DNA of 64,000 nt from Monocercomonoides exilis PA203 (taxonomy: Eukaryota > Protista > Preaxostyla), in NCBI GenBank assembly GCA_001643675.2, contig LSRY02000012.1, positions 620,001-684,000 on the forward strand. The letters run 5' to 3'. How positions within the stretch are numbered: position 1 is the stretch's first letter; each line of letters starts with the position of its first letter. Below are positions 36,601-48,597 of the stretch, one piece after another. Position numbers and translations under genes: made by a program. The notes under the pieces were generated by a model. That model saw only the letters and a program-made list of their open reading frames with translations, made no database searches and was not told the DNA's origin.

Positions 36601-39600
36601 TCAGTTTCTTTTTCCTTTCAAATCTTTCCTTTTTGCGTATCAGAGCATCTTTCAGTGCTGAAAGGCATTCAAAACACTTTGCAAACGAAGGGCGGTTCTC
36701 GGAATTTCCATCCCAACACCGTTGCATAAGCACAGAGTAGATAGAAAGATAAGGTGTGGCACACGCAGGAATTGGCTGAAGAAGGTTGTAAAAATTAGAA
36801 AAAGAAAAAGAATAAGAAAGAAAATTTTAAGAAAAAAATAAATGTTGAAAAGTGAGTGAAAAAAAAAGAAAGATAATGAACTAACTGCACAACATTCACA
36901 GAAATAATAATTTTCTCGATTGAATCGTTAAATTTCAAAAAGAACATTTTTTTTTCAGATGTCTCCTTCAACACAACACAACACACTGGAATTGGAGGTC
37001 TAACACCAGAAACAATAGCGTCTCTGACCTGTCTGTGCGACATGCTCGCAAAAGGCCCCAGTCTTGTCCAGAGCTCCCACATTGTGATGCCAAATGCAAA
37101 GACATCAATTTTCTCGTCGCCAACGTCCTTTAAGAAGCCTTCTGGTGGAGTGTACTGCCACGTCCCGCTTTTGGACACGAGAGTCTGAGGGTGATGAGAC
37201 AGTTTGGATATACCTGTTAGAAATTGGGTGGTTAGAGGGGGAAAAAAATTTCAAAAAAAATTAAAAAAGAATGAAAAACAAAATCATGTGAAACAAAGAA
37301 AAAAGAAAAGAAATTTTTAGAGACAAATGCTTAATCATTATTTCATTTGTATCACACCCATGTCAGAGATTTTGCAACGTAAGTATCCGTCTGCTTCACT
37401 TGAAAGCTGAAGAAATGGTATTCATAATCATGAAAATTCAACAAATAAATCATTGTTCATTAAATTTGCAACATCATCGCATAATAATCCAAACAAAAAG
37501 TGAAAAAATAAAGAAAACTTCAAAAAGCCTAAGAAATTTATGAAAAAAGTTCCAGACCAACACATTCGCAGGCTTCAAGTCTTTGTGAATAACATGGTTT
37601 GAATGGATGTACTGCATCCCACAAGCTATTTGCAAAGCGAAATCAACCATCGTCAGCAGCGGAAGAGGCTGGTCGCTTTTGATGTAAGATGCCAAGGAGC
37701 CTCTGTCACAATACTCCTGTTTCATCAGAAGGATTAAAAGCAGATTTGGTAAAGAAGAAGAAGAAGAAGAAGAAAGTTAATAGAAAAAAGAAAACAAATG
37801 GAATTATCACATAAAAATGAATACATATTGATAAGAAAAAAGTAATTCATACCATCACAATTCTCATATCAGGTTCAGCTGTGTATCCATAAAGTGTAAC
37901 AACGTTTGGATGTCGAAATGTACTTTATTCACATGAAAGTGGAAGATCATTCATATTTCATTGAAAAATCATAAAGCAAAAAAAGAAAGAAAATTAAATG
38001 AAAAAAAGAACATAATCCAAAAATAAAAAATGTTGTTAAAAAAATGAAGTCATTTGAAAATTTTAAGTGAAGAGAAAAACTTAACCCATTTCCAACACAT
38101 TTATATTGAATTCCTACCTCATCAAAGCAACTTCCCTGAAGAATTCCTTTTTGGCTTCTTCGTCTGCAAAGCCGCACAATTTCTTCCACGCTGCTGGGGC
38201 GCCCATAAACTGGCCCATAAACACCTCTCCAAACCCTCCTCTTCCAATAGATACACCACCCCCAAGTGCTGATATGTCAATCTTCATTTCTTGGCGCACT
38301 GGATAATCTGTAGTGTCTGATATCATGAGGATAAGAATGAAATCAAAAAAATTGGTTAAAAAAATATTTAGTTACAGAAGCATTTTTTAAATTCGTTGAA
38401 GGAATTTTGTTTTGTCAGTGAATAAAATAAGAAAAAGAACAAAAAGTCATACGATAAATCTTCCCGCTCCTTGCAATCTGCTTTGAATCTAAGACCCCAT
38501 CGCTCCTTAATTTCTGTGCAAATTCGGCTTGTTCTTGTTCTTCCCTTCCGTCAATTCCAATCTTTCTAGCCATGCTTTTCATTCTCGCTGCTTTATCACG
38601 ATCTTTGACTTCATTCGCTTCATCCATAACTTCTTTCCATTTGAGTGAAGTGCCCCATCTGAGCTCTTCTGTATCTGTACTTTTTTCTTTGTCTTCTTTT
38701 TCTTCTTCCCCTTCTTTTTCTTCATTATCCAATTTTCCTTTTCCTTCTCCTTTTTCATTCATCTCTTTCAGCTCCGGTGTTTTCTTCATCCTGCGCATCA
38801 TCAATCGCTCGTATCCTCTTTCTTTCTCGTGCTTCTTCCTTTCTTCCTCTTCTTTCTCAAGTTCTTCTTCTTTCTTCATCTCCCATACAGCAACTGACAC
38901 CTCTTCTCTGATTGCATGCTCCAGATCTTCCTTAAGCACAATCCGCCCTTTTCCCCTCAAGAGATGCCAAACTCCTTCAAATCGTATTCCATTCGAGGCA
39001 ACATACACTCCTCTCCCAAAAGGCTGTTTGTTTTCAAAAAGAATTCAAATTTAACATTAATTCAAAGAAAAGCAAAAAAAAATAAAATACAATACAATAA
39101 AAAAATACTTTCATACCAACCCTCGCCAAATTTCGCCTTTGTAAAAATCTCCGTTTGCAAACTGAATTTCTCCGATCCCTTTGCTTTCTCCGTTCTCCCA
39201 GTTGCACGTCATTATAAGCACTTTCATTTTAATTAATCGAATTTCGTCATCCAAAGTGAATTTCTTATTATGGTATTTATCTATCTTCAGAGGAGAATGG
39301 TCAAGAATCACGTTTGATTGCTTTCTTCTCCACATTCCACTTCCACTCCTCTTCCCCTTTTCCCAAAATCCGCAATAAACCAAATCAGAATCGCAAGTAG
39401 AAGTACCAAATCCGCTTGGTTTCCCTTTTTTCCACTCACATTCTATGTAAAGTGTGTCATCCATTGCAGCTGATGGATTATCGGGCAAGGATTGAATTGC
39501 CAAAGATGATGATGGTTGATAAAGTTTGCCTTTTCCTTCAAATTTTCCATTTTTAAACAAGCCTTGATACTTCAGTCCACTTGGATGAGTTAGCGTCCCG

Positions 39601-40493
39601 TTTCCATGAAACTACAACGTTTAGATGAATAAATTCAAAAGTTTGCATGATTTTCTTAATTGACATATAATCAGCATACCATATCATTATACCAAGTCCC
39701 GCTGTATTCCCATCCATCAGTTCGAACCAAATGTCCTTCTCCACATCTTTTACCTAAAAATTATATTTGAATCATCATATTTTAATTTTTATCTAAAAAA
39801 AAATCAACAAATATTCGAACCATCCACAAATTCGCCCAAATATTCTTCGATAACAGTTTTGTTCAGACATCTTTTTCTATAATTTCCCATGCCGTGGAAC
39901 TTTCCATCTATAAATTCTCCTTCAAAAATGCCTTGGTCATCATTTAGTTTGAGTTGTCCTGAATTGGTGTGTAATTTGAATATTTAAAAAAAAATAAATA
40001 AACGAATTAAACGCACCCACTCCTGTTATTAAACCATTTTCCAATATGCCTTCGTACACATCTCCATTTGAAAAAGATATTTTCGCTGGAAAAAGTTATC
40101 AAGTCATATGATTAACATTGATGAAAAAACCTTTACCAGAAATTTTCCCTTGAATAAAATCTCCCTCAAAGCATGTGCCGTCCTCTAGCACTAGGGTGCC
40201 ATGACCATCAAACCTAATTTTCAAAAATAATGAAATAAATACGAATATTTCAAAAATATCAAACAAATTATTTTCCCATTGTCCACAATGTTCTTGCCCA
40301 TCAGAAATGTTGCGCACTCTTATTCTCTCATCATAATTTGGTTTTTTTGCTTCCTAATGTGCATTTATAATTAGAATATTAATGTTAAATAGAAATGTAA
40401 ATTCTTAACTGTGAAAAGTTATTCAACCTCTAAATTGTGACTAAATGCTTGGATGCATTTTGCTTTGTGAGTTTGTGTATTTTCATGCAACAT
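36601..40493 (-). CDS. MORN-repeat plus TKL-family protein kinase (many exons)
   Basis: N-terminal MORN units (FEGDFIQGKISGKG, YCGFWEKGKRSGSG); kinase IGRGGFGEV, AAWKK, HKDLKPANVL, KISDMG, GTWQYTPPE, DVFAFGITMWE, MQRCWDGNSENRPSF; start 40493 inferred. Confidence 0.85.
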
Positions 40494-40609
40494 TTAATTT
40501 TTAATTTCAAAAAAATACTTTAATTATAAAATTAATGCCATTTTAAATTATCTTCTTCCAAATTATTAAGGTTGAAGTGAATTTCATTCATTTTCTACTG
40601 CCTAAGAGA

Positions 40610-42096
40610 ATGGTTTATTTTAATTATTTCAAATGTTCTTTAAATTAAATAATAATAAATAATTTGATTCAACAAAGATATTCTTTTCAGCTTCGTTATT
40701 ATCCAGCATTTTTTTATTATTATTATTGTGCAGCTCAGACACTCCCGCAAATTGTAAAAAAGATGATGTTCTAGGAAAATGGAAGCTAGAAATAGGCAAG
40801 TTCACTTCAGAAACAAATGTACATTGTTCAAAGATTGATAAGGTAAAAACAGAAGATACGATGGAAATTTATTTAGCAGAACCAAATCTTGTAACAGATC
40901 CAAGTAACAAAGCAATTGGTACATGGACAATGATTTATGTCGAAGGATTTGAATTATCGATTGGAAAGTATCGATATTTCACCTTATTTAATTGGACATC
41001 TTCTGAAGATAACACAGAAACTTTTGATTGCCACAATACTGTTCAAGGTTGGGTTCGTCCTGACATTAGGAACATAAGCGAAATTGCATGCTTTACAGCA
41101 ACAAAGATGCCAAGAAACGAATCTGATCCCGCATCGCATCATTATTACAAGAATGATTACAAAGACTTTGATTCACTAAGACGTCGAACAAAAAAAAGTT
41201 ATGAAACATCGAACTCAATGACAATTGACTGGAGCGATAAAAATGGGCACAATTATGTTTCATATTTTATTGATGAAGGAAATTGTAAAAGCAGTTATGC
41301 CATTGCAGCTGCTGGAATGATCGAATCACGTATTTCAATTGGAAGTAATGATTCTTTAGATTATTCTTTGTCTGTGCAAGAGCTTATAAGCTGTAATGAT
41401 TATTCACAGGAATGTAAAGGAGGGCATGCAATTGAAATTGGAATGTATGTTATGGATCATGGACTCGTTGATCAAAAGTGCCTTCCATATTACTCGTTGA
41501 ATCAGACAGATGCCAAATGCAGCGACCGTTGCAAGTATCCGAGGGCAACCGTGTTTGTGAAGAGTTACAGCTACGTTGGAGGATTCTATGGAAGGTGCTC
41601 TGTTTCTCATATGGAAGAGGCACTGGAAAAAGGTCCAATTGTTGCTCGTATTGATGATACAGTTCCTTCATTCCTGGATTATAAAAGCGGGGTTTACAAG
41701 ATGAAAGATGATGAAAAAGTTGGAAGGCTTACGAGAAGCGTGCTTGTCGTCGGCTACGGACAAGATGAAAAAGAAGGGCCTTATTGGAAAATCAAAAATA
41801 GCAAAGGAACAAAATGGGGTGAAGGGGGATTTGCTCGCATTTATAAAGGAAATAACACGCTGGGAATTGAAACAGCAGCGGAGCAAATGGTTCCTGATAA
41901 TGATGCTTACTTGAACAATAAAAATATCGTCAATAATCCGTATTTTTGGGCAATGATCGGAGTCTCATGCTTTTGTGTTGCTTTGATTGTGGGAGTGATA
42001 ATTCTTCTCATTGCAATATCTAGAACGAGAAAATCAGTTAAAGCTGCAAATGCAATTAATGAACAATATTCTTCATTTCAGCCAAGGTACTCTTGA
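40610..42096 (+). CDS. Cathepsin C (DPPI)-like papain-fold protein, predicted inactive, with C-terminal TM anchor
   Basis: Exclusion domain DTPANC...GTWTMIYVEGFE; papain domain LSVQELISCNDYSQECKGG, YVGGFYG; TM WAMIGVSCFCVALIVGVIILLIAI; start inferred from an ATG-only first exon (main exon from 40678). Confidence 0.88.
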
Positions 42097-43516
42097 TCCT
42101 ATTTCTCTTCTAATTGATGAAATTTCTGTTGAAAGAGCAATCTCTGTAACATAACATTAGCGAAGAAGAAGGATTGTTAACTAACTTGATCCTTGATGTT
42201 CCGTTTCAAAATACCTAAACTTAGCAATAAAAATGTTGCATTTCATTACAATTTTTTTTTTAAATGAATAACTGTATAATTTATTAGTATTGTTAAAATA
42301 ATCTTTGGTTTTATGTTTGTAGTTTTTCTGCATTTTTTCAGGTCTTTATATTTCGTATCACTCCTCTATGTTTTTGAATTTCATTTTGCCAAATTTTTGT
42401 GTTGAGTATTTTTTATAATGTGCCATATTCTTGAAAATGAAGTATTTTTAAGAGAGACAAATATTTTATTTTATTTTTTTTTTTATTAAACAATTAAAAA
42501 AGGAAAAAATATTTTTATTGTTATTCTGAATTTTGAAATTGTTATGAAAGAAAAGTACCTATCATTATTCCCTCAATTCATCTTTTCATTTGTTTGAAGT
42601 TCAAAATGTCCAAATGTCACATTTTTTTTGTGATTTTTTTGAAAAAAAAATATTACAGCTGAAGAGAATAATCAAAAGCTAAGAAAAGAAAGTTCTTTAT
42701 AAAGTTTTTTAATGAGAAGGAAATAAAAATGTTTTATATTTTTCAAGACATCTCAATTTTCTATTTTTGAATAATAACGAAAGTGTGAAGACAACTAATA
42801 ATGGTTCACGACAAATCACACTCATAAAGTGATAATAAAAAAAGAAATAACTTGTTGTTTTGCAGATCTTGAATTGTTGATTTCTGTTAACTATTATTTA
42901 TTCCATTAGCAACGAATGTAACATTTATCCGAACATATGACTGTTATTATTTGAAAAACTACCTTTTGTTTAATTTTCAAATAAAATAAAAATTTCGAAT
43001 TTCGATCAAATTTTTTGACACAATCACGAAAAATCACTTTAATGGAAATGTTAACATAGCCAAGATTTTGATTTCATAACAGTGAAATTTGGTGACTGGG
43101 AATAGACATTTGATCAAAATATGAAATTGAAATAACAATCCGATATTTTTATAAAGGAGCTTTTCAATAAAAAATTGACACATGGAGAAAAAGATGTCAC
43201 TTGAAACTTTTTCAATAAAAATTATGCACTTTTTGAAGACTTTTTGTGATTAATAAATTTTTATTAAATAGGTTCATTTTTTGAAATATGAGTGAGGTCA
43301 TAAGACATTTTGTTGTCATATCTATGATTCCTGCTTTTTGATATGGAAAACCTGTGTATGTGTGATTATTTTTGAAATCATAACTTTTTTCTGGGTGTAA
43401 ATTTATATCAAATTATTATTTCTTGGAAGATGAATTATTTTTTTGTTGGAAAAGAAAAATTGTTAAAAAAAAACGATATTTTAGAACATATACAAAAAAA
43501 ATATGTTTTTTTTGTA

Positions 43517-43912
43517 CAGTTTGTGCAAAAAATACTGGACATAGCACAAAATACCGGACAAGATCGATTTCACAATAAGTGTAAGAGGAATAATTCTGAC
43601 AATTTTCCTCAAAATACATCTCATCAACACAAACTCAATTGATGTACAAGACTTTCAGGACAGCTTCATTTGTGCTCAGAAAAAATGATATTTGAATTCT
43701 CGGAGAAATAGGATTTTGAATTTTTCCGAGACTTCAAATATCATTTTTTCTGAGTACAAATGAAGCTGCTTTGAAAGATTTGCATATCAAATGAGTTTGT
43801 ATTAATGGGATATATTTTGAGGAAAATTGTCAGAATTATTTCTCTTACACTTATTGTGAAATCGATCTTGTCCGGTATTTTATGCAATATCTATAATTTA
43901 CACAATCAATTG
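43517..43912. mobile_element. Palindromic Tc1-like MITE, copy 2 (diverged; right terminus decayed)
   Basis: TA|CAGTTTGTGCAAAAAATACTGGACATAGCACAAAATACCGGACAAGATCGATTT; arms pair around ~43712; collinear with 28880-29257. Confidence 0.8.
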
Positions 43913-44707
43913 TAATTTTTCTTCAAAATTATGCATTGGAATGTTGGACTTTGAATGAGGCTATGCTCAAAAAGTTTGGAACAAATTGTTGTATTTTTTA
44001 TTAATGAATAATTTTGGGTAAATTATAAGAATAGCGGAATGAAAAAATTTTCCACATTTTCAAAAGATTATATTATGACAATTGTGTAATCAGAAAAAGA
44101 GTATAATAATATCATGTTTTGGAAAGTGGAGAATATCCTAAACACAAGGAGACCAGATATATTTCATAAAAAATTTTCGTTTTTAATTTTGCTTCCATGG
44201 ATAACCCTAACCCAAATATTGCTCCATCAAACCCTAAATCAATATTTAATCCATTCCAAGCTTGTTTCACTAATCGAAACCCTAAAACTTAATAAATAAA
44301 ACAAAAAACAAATAAATATTTAATTATAAAGGGAAATGATCACTCATTAAAAATGATAAATTCATTCAGCAAAGTTTTTTCAAAATCCTTTAATAGAGTT
44401 TTTATTTCAAAATGCTTCTATAATATCATTTCCAATATATTTTTTGCTGTATTGTGATTTTTTGTGTTTTATTGCTATATTTTGAATTCCGCTATATTTA
44501 CAATTTGCCTTATTTTGTCTTAACTACAACAACAACAACAACAACAAAGTTATTTATTCGGAAATCCGATCATATTTCCCATAAAAATTTAATAAAAATC
44601 TCTAAATTCAATTAAAGATGAGTTTTGGAAATTTTGTGACTCTTTGACAAATCAAAAAATTTTTATTAATTATTTTTTATTGCATCCACAACATTTGCTC
44701 AGAAGAT

Positions 44708-47700
44708 ATGGATTTAGTGGAAGCAGTCGAAAGTGCTCAAAAAACAGGATCTCCTCCATATCCACGCGAAGGTTCATTCATCCAGTACATTAACAATTCC
44801 AAAAGAAAAGGATTATTCATAGGAGGAGGGATGGATTATGATGGAAATGTCATGAAAGATGCATATTTTTTTGATTTAAACAAAAAATTATGGAATATTG
44901 TTCCAACCTATTCTCTTGATGTTCTTCCTGATCGATATATGTGTATATCATTTTGTGCAGAAGATGTTATATATATTTGGGGAGGCCTCAGTTGTTGTGG
45001 GTTGACAAAAGAGTTACTTTCATATGATTTTGAAAGGGCTTCGTGGGAAGCTATTCCACAATCAGGAAGAATACCTTGCAAAAGATATGCTCCTTGCAAG
45101 GCAGAAACATCAACTCATGTTTATATTTTTGGCGGACAAGGATCTCATGGACTATTAAATGACATATGGGAACTAAACAAACAGACATTTTTGTGGCGTT
45201 GCATTCGAGAAAATAATGCTTCAAAAAATCCACCCCCGCTACGCGATGGGGGAGCATGCGTGTTCAAAGGTTATTTATTTGTTTATGGAGGATTGACAAG
45301 TAATATTAAAGAAGAACCATGTACTTACAGAATAAACTTGACAAATCCTGATGATTGCCAGTTCATTGAATTAATTTCTTCTTTTCGTTTTTTTGGAGCT
45401 GTTTTTCACTCTGGATTTATGAGTTATGTTTCAGAAACGGAGTGCTACGGAATTATGTGGGGCGGAAAGGAAGGTTTGATGAAAACTCCAATAAATTATG
45501 TTTTTATCTTGAATCTAACAGCTGCTGGATTTGACTCTGACGTTAAAAATGCAACGATGGATGATGAAAATCTTATATATATGAACATTGGAAAATTTGG
45601 ACCATCATGCACGATGGATGAAGAAGGAACTATTTATGCATTTGGAGGAAAAGACAAATATTCCACATCAAACAGAATTTTTCATATGTCAAAAGAAAAT
45701 TGGTTAGATTCACAAAGTCGAAACAATATATGTTCATATACTGCCGGTGAATCTGTAGCCTTAAATTTTCCACAAAATAATGAAAGAAATTTTTTTTCTG
45801 AACTGACAAAAGATGCTATTGAAGTTCCACTTCCTGTGACAAAGCACCAACTTGCTCGGCTAAGCGGATCTATAGCTGTTATTGGGGGATACAACCCAGA
45901 ATTAAAAATGATGATGGAAACAAGCAGAGTGTTTAAACCAAGAGAAGGTGCCTGGTATCAACTTATTGAAACAAGTCATTATTCCGATGGAGTGCCTTTC
46001 GTTGGCGAAGCTGCAATTGCTGAGTCGAACGGAAGAATTTTTGTATTTGGTGGTGCAACTTACAATAGCAATGGAGGATTTGCATCAATGAGCAATGATC
46101 TTTTTGAATACAATGGAGCCACGCAGTCTTGGCAGAAGATAAAAGTGAAAGGAGAGGAAAAACCACCGAAAATGTGCCGTTCTGGTGCAACAATATATGA
46201 ATCAATACTGTACATTGTTGGAGGTTGTGATATCGACAATAATATACGTGATGAAGTATGGACATTCAATTTTGCTACATCAGAATGGCACAAAATTATG
46301 TTCGCTCTCTCCTCACTTCAGAGGCCAACTGTTTTTGTGAAAAGCATTATTCCAAGAAAAAATTTAATAAATCATAAAAAAAGCAAAAGCAAATATTTGA
46401 ACAATGAAATGGACAAGTTAAAAGCTGTGAAAGAAAAGGAAGTAGCAGATAGTCAGCAGTCAGTTCCTCATTTAATTGTTTGTGGAGGAGATGACGGAGA
46501 AAGTTCAATAGACCATTGCTTTGCATATCCAATCACTATTGCAAAAATTTATGGAGAATGGCTTGATTTAATGAAACTTGAATTCCCAATTGGCAGCTCA
46601 AGAGTTGTTATTGGAGAGGGAGAAGTTGGATTTGTTGTTGGAGGAGAAGAATGCGGAATTGCCAAGAAATCGTATTTAGCCATGTTTACCTTTGATGAAT
46701 ACGGAAAGGCGGATATTATCACCCACAAATTTGATGAAGGCAGAGAGGAAACAGATTTCCCTTTGGCTCATGGAAGCTGCACTTTTCTTACCGATTCGCT
46801 TTATTGCTTCGGTGGATATGCGGTGAGTGAAGGAATGACTCCATTGCCCATTGCAACAAATAAACTAACCAGAATCAAATTAAAGAATCATCTTTCTGGC
46901 TGCTCACCAGGATCGTTCTTCAATGAAAGCAAAAAGCAATGCGATTATTGTATGGAAGCAACATATTCTTCGCACTTGAATCAAACAAAATGTGAAAAAT
47001 GCCCTATTGGCTCACATTCATGGAAATCTGGAACATCGATTTATTCATGTGTTCCCTGCAAAGAAGGCACATTCATGTCAGAAATAAACCATTTTTATTG
47101 CATTGACTGCGAATCGAATAGCAGTTGTATTGTTGGATCAGCTGCTGACAACAACACTTTGCAGAGAAAGCAATTTGAGTGCACAGAGCAGCCAAAATCG
47201 TATGATCCTAATTCGAACAAAGAAACAATGTTCACAGTGTTGTTTTATGGAGTTTCGTTGGCACTAGGCTTGATTGTGGCTGTTGTGTGTTTTTGCCTGC
47301 CAACTCGCGAAAGATTGTACAAATTGGATCAATTCTCAAATACATACAAAGATGATCTTGATGAGAAAACACACAAGGCAGTGAAGATTGTGAGGAAAAC
47401 GAGTTATGGCGGGTGCATTTCGATTATTGGCTTTTGTTTTGTGGTTGGTGCAGCAGCTGCTGTGATTGTGCTATTCTTTTAGATAAACACACTCGAGAAT
47501 CGAATTTATATTGACTCAAAAATTCAGAACATAACGCTGGATAAATTCATCAACAAAAAGATGGAATTTCAAGTAAGATTAAGAGATTATTCAGGCGAAT
47601 GTGTAAAGGGTGTGAAAGACAAGTCTGTTGAAGCACAAGGAGAATGCTCTCCGCTTCTTGGAATTGGAAAAAGTTCATATGACCCATTAAGTTTGCTTTC

Positions 47701-48597
47701 TATTTTAAACTTCAATTTTTGTTTATTTTATTTTATTTTATTTTATTGTTTTTCTTTTTTCATATTTCTTGAAACTTGATCTGTCTTTTTGTTCGTTTCA
47801 AAATAAAACATTCAGATTTTTATCCTACTGAACCGGCTGCTATAGAGCCAAGATGTCATCAATCGCCGTCTCCAAACAAATTATTCACACAAACAACAGA
47901 CTGCACAATTTCAATTTCCGCAGAGAATATCGGCATTGATGCAGTTGATAGACGTGTAAAACTTCTTTCGTTCTATTCAAAAGAGAAAGATGCATTATTC
48001 TATGGAATAGATGCATTTATCTCTGTAGATTCTGGAATAACACAACAAAAAGGCTACTTCTTCCTTGATACAACATACAAATCTCAAGCAGAAAGTCATT
48101 TAGATGGAGATCCAGCACATGTCTTCAAAGGTGGAGATCAAACGCAAGTTGTTGCTGAGCTGATGGTTAGTAAATATGAGGAAAACAAGTGGAAGCACAT
48201 TGTGCAGATGGGCCACGAAGCAAGCAGGATTTCAATCAGACCTGGCTCTCAAGTGAAGAACAGCGGAATAAGTCTTGCGCTGAGCGTGGGAGTGGATGTG
48301 GTTGTGGAGCTGTCGCAGACGGTGGTTGTAACGACGAGGTCATTTAAGACATCAGCGGTTGGGTTGATAACTGCATTAGGAGGCACATTTGTGTACTTGA
48401 ATTACATTGGGAAGCTGATTCCAGTGATGGAATTTATATTTAGCGGGAAAATATGTTGTGGACGCTTCAAAAACAAGTGGAAAAAGTCGCGTTTTCAAAG
48501 CATTGTGGCAAGAGAACCTCTTCTGGATGAGGAGAGAAAAAGGATTCAGATGGAAAGTGATGATGTGAATCAAGACATGGTCGGATATTCATTGTAA
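44708..48597 (+). CDS. Kelch-repeat, Cys-rich (TNFR/GCC2-3-like), three-TM membrane protein; in-frame TAG at 47480-47482; intron 47691-47815
   Basis: Multiple kelch GG repeats; CSPGSF..CDYCMEATYS..CEKCPIGS; TMs near 47230, 47410 and 48355; frame continues directly after the TAG into ORF 47561; may be a pseudogene. Confidence 0.75.

Noticed and set aside
47480-47482. Genome-wide TAG/TAA-to-Gln reassignment
   Set aside because: Conserved genes (UTP12, RPS20, hcp, LCAT) end at TAA/TAG at expected positions and use CAA/CAG for Gln
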